This document shows, in pieces, positions 20,361-29,316 of a stretch of DNA of 64,000 nucleotides. Source of the stretch: an uncultured delta proteobacterium (lineage in GTDB: Bacteria > Desulfobacterota > Binatia > HRBIN30 > BPIQ01); assembly GCA_963761335.1 (NCBI GenBank), contig CAVXGR010000024.1:32001-96000 (forward strand). Direction: 5' to 3'. Within the stretch, counting starts at the first letter, position 1, and each line of letters starts with the position of its first letter. The notes under the pieces were generated by a model. That model did not search any database. It was given only the letters and a program-made list of their open reading frames with translations, and was not told where the DNA came from. Position numbers and translations under genes: made by a program.

Positions 20361-20702
20361 ATGGCTGAAAAGACGGCGCGCCCGCGGCCGCGGGAGATCC
20401 GCCACCTCCGCGATGAAGGGTTGGTGCGCATCACCTGGAGCGACGAGCACGTCTCCGCGTACCCTCTGACGTACCTGCGCGGCTGGTGTCCCTGCGCCGC
20501 CTGCCAAGGGCACGGAGGGGAGCGGCGGTTTCTCGATCTGCCCGAGGCGCAGCTGGAACGCATCGAGCCGGTGGGCAGCTACGCGGTCATTCTCGCTTGG
20601 GTGGGCGGCCACGACACCGGAATCTATTCCTACGATTACCTATGGCAAATCTGTCCCTGTTCGGTCTGCGCCGAGGGGCGGCGACAGGGGACGGAACCCT
20701 GA
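20361..20702 (+). CDS. DUF971 (GBBH-like N-terminal) small metal-binding protein
   Basis: WSDEHVS..LRGWCPCAAC, VGSYAV..W..GHDTGIYSYDYL. Confidence 0.85.
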   Translation: MAEKTARPRPREIRHLRDEGLVRITWSDEHVSAYPLTYLRGWCPCAACQGHGGERRFLDLPEAQLERIEPVGSYAVILAWVGGHDTGIYSYDYLWQICPCSVCAEGRRQGTEP

Positions 20703-20719
20703 GGGTGCGGGGACCGCGA

Positions 20720-20935
20720 CGCGAAGCGGCGCAGGCATGTAGCCCCGGGTCGGAGACCCGGGGATCCCGGGTCCGCCTTCCCCGGTGCGCCCCGCCAGGG
20801 GCGCAGGCGTGCAACCCCGGGTGAGGGGCCTGTGTCAAAGCCGCGCCCGCGCCCCTGGCGGGGCGCCAACGGACGTCGACTTCGGGAGCCCCGGGTCTCG
20901 ACCCGGGGCTACACGCCTGCGCCCCTCCGGGGCGA
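20720..20935. repeat. Composite REP-like palindromic element
   Basis: ~35-bp IR 20728-20763 / 20889-20923 (GGCGCAGGCRTGTAGCCCCGGGTC..ACCCGGGG), an internal third partial copy, and CGCCCC-N4-GGGGCG hairpins. Confidence 0.8.
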
Positions 20936-21115
20936 ATGATCTCCGAGCTCCCGGCCACAGATGCAACCTGGGGAAGTCGGGTTCAACTCAACGAAGCGGG
21001 GGTTGTGGTTGATCGAAGTTGACCGCGTTTCATTTCAAAGTTCCCCACTACCAGGCGCCGCAGCGACTTGCGGCGATCGGCCCAGCTGCTATGTAGCCCG
21101 CTGGGAGGAGTGTGA

Positions 21116-21688
21116 ATGACGAACTACATTTGGCTGTCGACGTTGCTGCTCACCGTGGGCATGGTCGTGCCCGCCTCTGCCGCCGGCAACCCGATGGTGC
21201 TGATGAAGACCTCGATGGGGGACATCAAGATCGAGCTGTTCAAGGACAAGGCGCCGGTGACGGTCGAAAACTTCCTCGGCTACCTCAAGAGCGGCTTCTA
21301 CGACGGCACCATCTTTCACCGCGTGATTCCCAACTTCATGATTCAGGGCGGCGGCTTCGAAAAGAACATGAAGCAGAAGGAGACCAAGCCGCCGATCAAG
21401 AACGAGGCCGGCAACGGCTTGAAGAACGATACCGGCACCCTGGCCATGGCCCGCACCTCCGTGGTCGACAGCGCCACCGCCCAGTTCTTCATCAACGTGA
21501 AGGACAATGCGTTCCTCAACCACCGCGACGAGTCTCCGGCCGGATTCGGCTACTGCGTTTTCGGCAAGGTGGTGGACGGCATGGACGTGGTGCACAAGAT
21601 CGAGCACGTGCAGACCAGCTCGCAGGGAGGACACAAGGATGTTCCCGCGACACCGGTGATCATCGAGTCGGTCAAAGTGGTCCAATAG
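21116..21688 (+). CDS. ppiA: Periplasmic cyclophilin-type peptidyl-prolyl isomerase
   Basis: Signal peptide, [35 protein letters not shown]. Confidence 0.92.
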   Translation: MTNYIWLSTLLLTVGMVVPASAAGNPMVLMKTSMGDIKIELFKDKAPVTVENFLGYLKSGFYDGTIFHRVIPNFMIQGGGFEKNMKQKETKPPIKNEAGNGLKNDTGTLAMARTSVVDSATAQFFINVKDNAFLNHRDESPAGFGYCVFGKVVDGMDVVHKIEHVQTSSQGGHKDVPATPVIIESVKVVQ

Positions 21689-21757
21689 GCGGCCGCTCGT
21701 GCCGCGGCGCCAGCCAGCGAAGCGTCCTCCCCGGCGCCGGCTGCTGCTCGGGTGAGA

Positions 21758-23926
21758 ATGCCCGCTCGAGTCGCACGTAAGAGTCAGAAGGCCCCACGAG
21801 GGGCTGAGGCAAAGGACCACCGCCGGCACCAGCATCCGGCTGCCCTGAGGCGCTTCAGCGAGCTGTTCGAGAGCGCCAGCGACATCATCGTCATCAACGA
21901 CGCCGACGGTTGGATCGTCGCCGCCAACCGTGCGGCGCGCGACTTTGGGGGCTACTCCGCCGCCGAGTTCGCGCACGGCGTGCACCTGCGCGACGTCCTC
22001 GCTGCCGACGAGTACGAGGCGGCGATGATCGTCACTCGCCAGGCGCTCGAGGGCCTGCCGATCCCTGAGGTCTACGAGCGCGAGGCGGTGCTGCGCGACG
22101 GCAGCCAACGGTCGCTCGAGCTGCGCAGCAACGTCCTTCGCCATCGGGGACGGCCCTTTGCCTTGCAGACGATCGGCCGCGACATCACCGAGAGGAAGGA
22201 TGCGGCCGCCTTCCAGGCGAGCCTCCTGCAGATCTCGCAGGCCCTGCTGACCACATCTCATCTCGACGCGATCGGATCGGTCATCTGCGAGGCGGCGCGG
22301 CGCACGCTGCGCGTGGACGGCGTGTATCTGTGGCTGCGGCAGGGGGCCGAGCTGGTCGGTTGTGCCGCTTCCGGCGAGTGGGAAGAGCAGTTCGTCGGTC
22401 TTCACCGTTCCATCGCGGCTTCGCCGATCGGCCAGATGTACCGCTCCGCGGAGGTGCTGGTGGTGCCCGATTTCCCTCACTCGCTCTACGCCGCCGAGCA
22501 GACGGATTGGGAATCGGCACAGGGGCAGGCGGTACAGGCCCTGCTCGCGGTACCCCTGCGCCGGGCCGAGCCCGCCGTCGGCGTCCTGATCGTCATCGAC
22601 CGCGCCAATCCGCACCGGTTCAATCGCGTCCTCTGCGACCGCGCCGTCATCTTCGGGGCGCAGGCCACGGTGGCAATCGAGGCGGCATTGGCCCGCGAGC
22701 GCGAGGAAGAGGAGGGGCAGGTTTCGGCGGCGCTTCTGCGCGTCGCCCGCGCCATCCGCGAATCCCTGGAGGAGGGCGAGGTTCTGCCGCGCATTGCCCG
22801 CGGTGCCCGCCAGCTGCTCGACTGCGACTGGGCCGTGGTGGCCCTCTGGGACGCCCGGCGGCAGTCGTTCCGCATCGCCGCGACCGACGCCCTCGCTGCG
22901 GCGGTGGAAGAGGATCTGCGGGTGCTCGAGTTCGGCCCGGGTCTGCGGGCGGTCGACACGCTGCGGGCGCGGGAGACGGTGGAGATCTCGGGCACGCGCG
23001 AGGGCGGCTTCTTTCGGCGCTGGGGCTTCACCTCCATGCTGGCGGTGCCCATGGTGCGCAGCGGCTCGGTGGTCGGCGTCCTGGCGAGCGGCTACACCCG
23101 CCCGCACGGCGGCTTCACGGCCCGCGAGCGGCGCATCGCCGAGGGCGTCGCCGCGCAGGCGGCGGTCGCCGTCGTCAACGCGCGCCTGCTGGAAGATCTG
23201 CGGCGTGCGAACGATCTCAAGTCGGAGTTTCTCAGCACCATGTCGCACGAGCTGCGCACGCCGATCAGCGCGATTCTCGGCTATGCCGAGCTCATGCACG
23301 ACGGCGCCATGGGACCGGTCAGCGGCGAGCAGGTGCAGGTGCTCGAACGGATGCTGCTGAATGGCCGCGCTCTTCTCGAGCTCGTCAATATGACCCTGGA
23401 CGTCAATCGCCTCGAGGCCGGCCGGATCGTTCCGTCACCGATCGCATTCGATCTGGGCGATCTGCTCGTCGAGCTGCGCACCGAGTTCGCAGTGCGCGCC
23501 GCGCAGCGCCCGGCGGTGGCACTGCGGTGGCCGAACGAGTCGCTGTCTCTGCCGCTGTTCACCGACCACGGCAAGCTCAAGTCGGTGCTGCGCAATCTCG
23601 TCGACAACGCCCTGAAGTTCACCGCCGCCGGCGAAGTGCAGGTGGTGGTGCGCCACAATACCGACCACGGACGGGTTTACGTCGCGGTGCGCGACAGCGG
23701 ACCGGGCATTCCCGAATCGGCCCGCACCACGATCTTCGACATGTTCCGGCAGATCGATGGCACGCGAGCCAGCTCCCGCGCCGGCGTTGGCCTCGGGCTC
23801 TACCTGGTGCGCCGCTACGCGGAGTTGCTCGGCGGCCACGTCTCCGTCGACAGCGCCATGGGCCGGGGCTCCATCTTCACCGTGGAGATCCCGGAGCACA
23901 TCCACGCGGGGGGCGAGGCGGATTGA
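21758..23926 (+). CDS. Cytoplasmic PAS-GAF-GAF sensor histidine kinase
   Basis: PAS (RDITERK), two GAF-like regions, H-box MSHELRTP, NLVDNALKF, DSGPG, GLGL. Start uncertain (21752 or 21758). Confidence 0.9.
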   Translation: MPARVARKSQKAPRGAEAKDHRRHQHPAALRRFSELFESASDIIVINDADGWIVAANRAARDFGGYSAAEFAHGVHLRDVLAADEYEAAMIVTRQALEGLPIPEVYEREAVLRDGSQRSLELRSNVLRHRGRPFALQTIGRDITERKDAAAFQASLLQISQALLTTSHLDAIGSVICEAARRTLRVDGVYLWLRQGAELVGCAASGEWEEQFVGLHRSIAASPIGQMYRSAEVLVVPDFPHSLYAAEQTDWESAQGQAVQALLAVPLRRAEPAVGVLIVIDRANPHRFNRVLCDRAVIFGAQATVAIEAALAREREEEEGQVSAALLRVARAIRESLEEGEVLPRIARGARQLLDCDWAVVALWDARRQSFRIAATDALAAAVEEDLRVLEFGPGLRAVDTLRARETVEISGTREGGFFRRWGFTSMLAVPMVRSGSVVGVLASGYTRPHGGFTARERRIAEGVAAQAAVAVVNARLLEDLRRANDLKSEFLSTMSHELRTPISAILGYAELMHDGAMGPVSGEQVQVLERMLLNGRALLELVNMTLDVNRLEAGRIVPSPIAFDLGDLLVELRTEFAVRAAQRPAVALRWPNESLSLPLFTDHGKLKSVLRNLVDNALKFTAAGEVQVVVRHNTDHGRVYVAVRDSGPGIPESARTTIFDMFRQIDGTRASSRAGVGLGLYLVRRYAELLGGHVSVDSAMGRGSIFTVEIPEHIHAGGEAD

Positions 23927-24582
23927 TGCCGGAGGCGGCGGTCATCTTCGATCTGGACGGTGTCCTCATCGATTCGGAGGAGCTGCAGTTTCGCGCCTAC
24001 GCCGAGGTGCTGGCCGCTCTCGGGGTACGGATCGAGAAGGGCGAGTATGCCCGCGAGTGGATCGCCCAGGGCGGTGGACCCGAGTACGCGGTGCGTACCT
24101 ATGGCCTGGACGTCGACCCCCAGGATCTGCGCCAGCGCAAGCAGCCGATTTACCACCGGCTGCTCGAGAGCGAGGCGCGCCTGATGCCTGGGGTCGAGGC
24201 GGCGCTGGAGCGCCTCGGCGCCACCTTTCCCCTCGGCCTGGCGACCAATTCCAGTCGTGCCGATCTCGAGGTGGTGCTGGCGCGTTTCGACATCGCTCGA
24301 TTCTTCCAGGCGCGCATCACCCGCGAGTGCTACCAGCGCGCCAAGCCGGCACCGGATGCCTTCCGGGCGGCGGCGGCGGAGCTGCTCGTCGAGGCCGGCC
24401 GCTGCCTGGTGGTCGAGGACACCTACCGTGGCCTGCTCGCCGCCCATCGGGCCGGTTGCCGCTGTGTGGTGATTCCCCACGAGCTCACCCGCGACAATGA
24501 CTTCGGTCTCGCCGCCGCCGTTCTCGGCAACCTCGAGGAGTTGACCGAGGCGCTGGTTCACAGGTTGGTGGGGCCGCTCTGA
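23926..24582 (+). CDS. HAD-family phosphatase (beta-PGM/CbbY-like)
   Basis: FDLDGVLIDS, ATNS, KPAPD, VVED. ATG overlaps the kinase stop. Confidence 0.9.
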   Translation: MPEAAVIFDLDGVLIDSEELQFRAYAEVLAALGVRIEKGEYAREWIAQGGGPEYAVRTYGLDVDPQDLRQRKQPIYHRLLESEARLMPGVEAALERLGATFPLGLATNSSRADLEVVLARFDIARFFQARITRECYQRAKPAPDAFRAAAAELLVEAGRCLVVEDTYRGLLAAHRAGCRCVVIPHELTRDNDFGLAAAVLGNLEELTEALVHRLVGPL

Positions 24583-24587
24583 GTGCC

Positions 24588-25691
24588 TCAGCCGCCCGGC
24601 AGGGCGGCGCTGGTGTTCGGCCCGACCTCGGCGAGAGCCACCTCGCGACCCTCGCGAGCCGAGAGATGCGCGGCGATGGCGAAGCGCAGCGTCTCGGCGG
24701 CGTCGAGCGCGGCGAGAGGTGGTTGGCGCTCGCTGAGCAGCCCGTCGACGAAGTCGCGGCCGCCCAAGCGGAAGCTCTCGGCCCAGTCCGTGGGGATGTC
24801 GTGCCAGGCGCGCGTCTCGCCGTCGCGATAGAGCACCAGCGACGGCTCTTCCAGGAGAGAGCCCGTGCAGCGGTTGATCCAGATGATGCCCTCGCTGCCG
24901 TGGATCTCGATGCGGTCGTCGCTCGCATAGTATTTCGAGCGGACCCGCATGCCGATGGAAGCGATCACCTCCCAGCTGCCGAACTTCGGAACCCCCGCGT
25001 ACTTCCAGGAGATCAGCGCCGGGCCATCGTAGAGGCCGCCGTCGGCGAAGCGCCAGACGTGGATCCAGGCGTGCACCCGCTCGACCGGCTCGGAAATGAA
25101 GAAGCGCCCCATGTTGAAGCAGTGGTAGCCGTGATCGAAGCAGGTGGGACCTCCGCCGCAGAGCTGCGGATCCATACGCCAGGCCTGCGCGGTGCGCGGC
25201 ACGTCCCAGCCGTCCTCGAACCGTCCGGCCGCGGTCTTGATGCGCACGGAGAGCGGCTCGCCAATGGCGCCCTCGGTCACCAGCTGGCGGGCTCGCACAT
25301 GCGGCGGATAGTACATGAAGTTCTCGAAGATGCGGAAGGTGCGTCCGGCGGCGACGGCGGCGAGGCGCATCCTGTCGAGCTCCGCGAGGGTGGGCGCCGG
25401 TGGCTTCTGCAGCGACACGTGCTTGCCCGCCTCGAGCGCGGCGATGGTTACCGAAGCGTGCAGGTGGTGGGGTAGGCAGATGTCCACTGCGTCGACCTCT
25501 GCGTCGCGCAGCATATCCTCCACGTCGGCATAGACGCGCGCCACGCCCCAGCTGGCGGCTCGCTGGCGGGCCAGGTCGCGGTTCTGATCGCAGACGGCCA
25601 GCAGCTCGGCGCCTGGGTGGTCGAGGTAGCCGAGAACCTGAAGGTCGGTGATGCGGCCGCAGCCGATCAAGCCAATGCGCACGCGATCCAT
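24588..25691 (-). CDS. Gfo/Idh/MocA-family oxidoreductase
   Basis: GLIGCG, AGKHVSLQKP, GGG..FDHGYH. Confidence 0.88.
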   Translation of the reverse strand: MDRVRIGLIGCGRITDLQVLGYLDHPGAELLAVCDQNRDLARQRAASWGVARVYADVEDMLRDAEVDAVDICLPHHLHASVTIAALEAGKHVSLQKPPAPTLAELDRMRLAAVAAGRTFRIFENFMYYPPHVRARQLVTEGAIGEPLSVRIKTAAGRFEDGWDVPRTAQAWRMDPQLCGGGPTCFDHGYHCFNMGRFFISEPVERVHAWIHVWRFADGGLYDGPALISWKYAGVPKFGSWEVIASIGMRVRSKYYASDDRIEIHGSEGIIWINRCTGSLLEEPSLVLYRDGETRAWHDIPTDWAESFRLGGRDFVDGLLSERQPPLAALDAAETLRFAIAAHLSAREGREVALAEVGPNTSAALPGG

Positions 25692-25759
25692 TCCTCCACC
25701 ATCACAGTGGAGCGAGCGGCGTCAAGGGGTGGCGGTCTTCATCTCGTGGCCGTCTTCAG

Positions 25760-26536
25760 TCAGCCGCTCAGCCGAACCACCACGGGGAGCACGACGAGAA
25801 GCTGGATGGCGTCGAAGACTCCGTGCGCGGCCATGCACGCCATCAGGTTGTGGGTGCGCTCGAAAACGACGCCGATGACGACGGAGATGGTGAACACCGC
25901 CACCACCATGAACGGCAACCCGTAGCTGAGGTGGGCCAGCGCGAACAGAGCGCTCGATATCCACAGCCCGAATCGGCTCTGCAGAAAGGCGCGGAAGAAA
26001 GCCTCCTCGACGGTCATGGCGACGGCGATCACGATCAGCTTGTGCCATAGGGGTTGATGCGCGAGCCACACCATCACCTCGGGTATCTCGCTCGGCGCCG
26101 CCGAGCGCGCCGAGACCAGGCTGGCGGAGGCGGCGATGATGCTGGCGGTCAGTATGGTGAACACCCAGCCGAAGACCCCGGCCAGAGCTCCAGTGCGCAG
26201 TCCGGCGAGAAGCCGATTCGCGGGCAGGAAGAGAAAGTCACGCGGAGCCGGGCGGCCGCGGAGCTGCCACCACGCCCAGAGAAACACGGCGATGCAGGCA
26301 TGCCCCGCGAAGAGCGCCGGGAACCAGAGCGACGCGGGGTCGAGCTGACCCGCTTCGCTGGCCGTCGCCACCGGATAGAAAACGGTCAGCAGCAACACGG
26401 CGAGGAGCAGGACCAGCGCCGCCACCCTGCGCCCGGTGGAGCGGAGCTCGCGGGCCAAGAAGCGCAGCCGGCCGGCTGCCCCGACGGCGATCAGGAAGAC
26501 GATTGCCAGGAGAAAGGCGAGGCGGAGCTCGGCCAT
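25760..26536 (-). CDS. CPBP (Abi/CAAX) intramembrane glutamic endopeptidase
   Basis: EEAFFR, FALAH, AHGVFD motifs; multiple TM segments. Confidence 0.85.
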   Translation of the reverse strand: MAELRLAFLLAIVFLIAVGAAGRLRFLARELRSTGRRVAALVLLLAVLLLTVFYPVATASEAGQLDPASLWFPALFAGHACIAVFLWAWWQLRGRPAPRDFLFLPANRLLAGLRTGALAGVFGWVFTILTASIIAASASLVSARSAAPSEIPEVMVWLAHQPLWHKLIVIAVAMTVEEAFFRAFLQSRFGLWISSALFALAHLSYGLPFMVVAVFTISVVIGVVFERTHNLMACMAAHGVFDAIQLLVVLPVVVRLSG

Positions 26537-26650
26537 TGGCGGCCAGCAAACCCGGAAGGCGGGACCCGGTCAAGGCTGCGTCGGGGCGGGGTGGTGTCCT
26601 AAATTGCCGATCCGGCCTTCCTGTTGTGCTTCCCCGGCTCGGGGAAAGGT

Positions 26651-26718
26651 CTCCTCTCCCCGCATTCTTTTCTTTCCGCGGGGAGAGGATCAAGGTGAGG
26701 CCCTCACCCTGACCCTCT
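26651..26718. repeat. REP-like doublet; the second unit is interrupted by the IS110 element and continues at 28435-28460
   Basis: Unit A: CTCCTCTCCCCGC..GCGGGGAGAGG-ATCAAGGTGAGG. Unit B: CCCTCACCCTGACCCTCT | CCCGCGAGAAGATGCGGGCGAGGGG. Confidence 0.8.
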
Positions 26719-26732
26719 TCTATGACGGCTCT

Positions 26733-26738
26733 TGTCAA
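26733..26738 (-). promoter_or_regulatory. Outward -35 box TTGACA at the IS right end; pairs with -10 TACCAT (28425-28430) only in the circular form
   Basis: End-to-end junction reads TTGACA-17 nt-TACCAT. Confidence 0.8.
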
Positions 26739-26744
26739 GTGGTC

Positions 26745-26960
26745 ATGTACGCCCTCGCTCTGTTCTGGGCTCCGATCCGTCGGTGGCGAGTCTTCTATTC
26801 GTGCGCGTCCTCGTGTGGGGACGGTCACCAAGTTATCATTCGTCCCGTTGGATATTGCCGAGCGCTGCAAAACTCCCGAACGTTGGCACCTTGCGGCGCA
26901 ACCAGAGGGCCAGACGCAGTCGCTCGAGGGGACAGCCTGCCGGATGCGGAGCGGGTTGGT
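26745..26960 (-). ncRNA. Predicted bridge RNA (seekRNA) in the 3' non-coding end of the IS
   Basis: Guides in order: 26913-26904 CUGGCCCUCU and 26878-26873 CGGGAG (target); 26839-26831 AUGAUAACU and 26798-26792 AUAGAAG (donor). Each pair sits in an internal loop with a central hairpin. RNA boundaries approximate. Confidence 0.8.
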
Positions 26961-26977
26961 GGTCGATGAACAAGAGT

Positions 26978-28069
26978 CTAGGCCGCTTGCGCCTGGCTCC
27001 GCTCGTAGGCGAGCCAGCGAGCTCGCAGCCGCAGTGCCAGCTTGCGCGCCACCGCCACGATGGCCTTCTTCTTGCCGACCCGCGGCCACAGTCTCTGGTA
27101 GAACTCCCGCAGCTCGGCATCGCCACGGGTACCGCGAGCAACCCAGGCGCACTGGATGATCCACGAGCGAATGAAGGCGGGACCGCACTTGCGAATCCGA
27201 CCCCGTCGCACGGTGTCGCCGGTGCTGTGCTCCTGGGGCGCGAGGCCGTAGAAGTTGACGATGGAGTCGGCGGTGGCAAAGCGATGGATGTCGCCCACCT
27301 CGAGCACGAAGCGAATCGCGGTGAATTTGCCCACACCGGACTGCGCGGTGAGCGCCTGAACCAGTGGCTTGTACTGCGGCAGGGCAGCGACCCCAAGCAG
27401 CTCTGTCTTGAGCATCTTGGTGCTCATCGCGGCGCTCTGGCGCAGGATGAGCAGCTGCGCCACACAGGCCTTGAGGGCGGCGGCGAACTCCTGGGCCGCC
27501 AGCCACTGCCCGAGCGTCGACCAGCCGGCGCTCGGCGCAGGCGGCATGTATCCGTGCTCTTGGAGCAGCATGCGCACTCTGGCTTGCTGTCTCTTGCGAT
27601 CGCGCAGAGCGGCATCGTAAGTGCGCGACAGCTGGCGCAGCTGGTGACAGTTCCGGACCGGAATGTGGATGCCTTTGAGCATTCCTCTCTCGTAGCGCAG
27701 TGCCAGGCCGCTGGCGTCGTGTCCATCGGTCTTCACGTGGCTGCCGGGTGCCTTCTCCACGGTGCTCGGCGGCACCACCAGCACATCGAGTCCCTGCGCC
27801 TGCGCCCACCAGGCGATCTCGTAGCCGAAGCCGCAGGCCTCGTAGACGATGTGCACGTGGCAGCCGTAGCCCCGGTACTCGCCTGCCAGAGCTTGGAGGT
27901 GGCAGAGCTCGCCGGGGGTGCTCAGCCGCCGCTGCTCCAGCCCACTCCAGCGACAGGTGTAGACCCATTTCGAGCGCGACAGATCGACACCGATGATCAC
28001 GCTCTCGCCGGCGGCGGGGCGCGTTGGGAGGTGTTGCTTGCCTACGGGCTTTAGAACTAATCTTCGCAT
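26978..28069 (-). CDS. IS110-family DEDD recombinase/transposase (363 aa)
   Basis: IGVDLS, VYEA and KTDGHDA (DEDD tetrad); GVG..TA..GD..RF; GLAPQEHSTG (catalytic Ser region); KKAIVAVARKL; GAAGGAG RBS. Confidence 0.95.
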   Translation of the reverse strand: MRRLVLKPVGKQHLPTRPAAGESVIIGVDLSRSKWVYTCRWSGLEQRRLSTPGELCHLQALAGEYRGYGCHVHIVYEACGFGYEIAWWAQAQGLDVLVVPPSTVEKAPGSHVKTDGHDASGLALRYERGMLKGIHIPVRNCHQLRQLSRTYDAALRDRKRQQARVRMLLQEHGYMPPAPSAGWSTLGQWLAAQEFAAALKACVAQLLILRQSAAMSTKMLKTELLGVAALPQYKPLVQALTAQSGVGKFTAIRFVLEVGDIHRFATADSIVNFYGLAPQEHSTGDTVRRGRIRKCGPAFIRSWIIQCAWVARGTRGDAELREFYQRLWPRVGKKKAIVAVARKLALRLRARWLAYERSQAQAA

Positions 28070-28626
28070 GGGAGTCTCCTTCCGTTTTGCTGCCTGCGAT
28101 GCAGCGTTGCTGAACGCCACTGTGGCGTCTCGCGTTTCTGAGAAGGAGGCTCCCCTTTTCGGCGCGATAAGGCACGCGTTGCCTCTGCCCCCTCTGCTCC
28201 GGGTGGAGCGTTCCGCCTTGTCCGCAGGCGGAAAGGTCTCCCTTTCCGCCATAGGAGCCCCCACCAGCCGCAGCGGAGCGGGGGTCAAGGACGATTTTGT
28301 TCCGCGAGGAATCGGCGCCGACCGCAGGGAGGCGACGAGGGGAATATGGTCCTTGAGGCCCGCGGGAGCGGAGGCTACCAACCCCCCTCGCGTTCGAGCT
28401 CCCCGCGGCAATCACCATGCCGTACATGGTAACCCCCGCGAGAAGATGCGGGCGAGGGGACCCGCGCTCGCACCGTCGTGAAGACAGCCGCAGTCGTTGT
28501 CAATGGGGCATGTTTCCCCGATTTAGGACAGTGCTCGGGGCGGGTGGTGTTCGCCGGTGCTCCGGGCGAGGTGAAAAACGACCGGCTCTTGTTCCTCCCT
28601 CTCTCCGCGGACTCTATACTCGACGT

Positions 28627-29214
28627 ATGCGTCTATTCCGATGGGCAGTGTTGTTGGTGATTCCGGGACTGTGGTGCGCGGCCTGTAGCGGTACACGGCG
28701 GTCGACCAATACCGAGCGGACGGCAGTGCAGCAGGTGCTGACCAGCGAGGCGGTGGAGCGCGCCTTCGACAAGCTCGAGTGGCCGGACTTCACGGGCAGG
28801 TCCGTCTACGTGGAGATCGGCTCAATGGCTGCCGATGAGACGGTCCGCTATCTCCGGGCCGCTGCCCGGGCAAGGATCGCCGAGCACGGCGGCATCCTCG
28901 CCAGCAAGGCCGACACCGCCGACTTCATTGCCATCGTCCTCGAGAGCGGGGTGGGGACGGAATACAATGAGACCTTCTTCGGCCTGCCGCCGATCCAGAG
29001 CGTGTTGCTGCCGATCTCACTTCCGGAGATTGCCGTCTACAAGCGCAGTCGAGAGCAGGGAGTGGCCAAGGCGGAGGTCGTTTTCAGCGACCGCCAGCGC
29101 GGCGGAGCCTTCTACCGCACCGGTCCCGCCCTGGGGCAGACGCACTACAACGAATGGTCCGTTCTGATCGTCGGTGGAAGCAGCACCGACACGGCGCTCG
29201 ATCAGGTCGAGTAG
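28627..29214 (+). CDS. Lipoprotein of unknown function
   Basis: Hydrophobic leader ending CAAC-S, followed by RTAVQQVLTSEAVERA. Confidence 0.7.
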   Translation: MRLFRWAVLLVIPGLWCAACSGTRRSTNTERTAVQQVLTSEAVERAFDKLEWPDFTGRSVYVEIGSMAADETVRYLRAAARARIAEHGGILASKADTADFIAIVLESGVGTEYNETFFGLPPIQSVLLPISLPEIAVYKRSREQGVAKAEVVFSDRQRGGAFYRTGPALGQTHYNEWSVLIVGGSSTDTALDQVE

Positions 29215-29220
29215 GGCGGG

Positions 29221-29261
29221 AAAAAAAGAAGCCGGCCCGGGGAGGTCCCCGGACCGGCTTC
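29221..29261 (-). terminator. Rho-independent terminator of the 29802-29317 gene
   Basis: GAAGCCGG.CCGGGGA / TCCCCGG.CCGGCTTC hairpin with A7 on the plus strand (U-tract on minus). Confidence 0.85.
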
Positions 29262-29316
29262 GTCGAGATTGTCGTGGCGCTTGCGTCGCCTGCGGACGCT
29301 GGCCGCCGCTTCTGGG

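Larger units (their letters stand above)
26719..28434 (-). mobile_element. Complete IS110-family (IS1111-like) insertion sequence, about 1716 bp
   Basis: Removing 26719-28434 restores a REP hairpin. Imperfect sub-terminal IRs ATG(T)ACGGC lie 3 nt and 7 nt from the ends. DEDD recombinase inside. Confidence 0.88.

Noticed and set aside
26643..26654. 12-mer GGAAAGGTCTCC present both in the IS flank and in the IS left end (28230-28241)
   Set aside because: Not at the insertion junction and part of a hairpin in the left end; a single match could be chance.
26238..28427. 729-aa ORF spanning the IS, and the 477-aa extended transposase call
   Set aside because: The 729-aa frame has no motifs and crosses the element boundary. 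The strong RBS and domain start favour ATG 28069.
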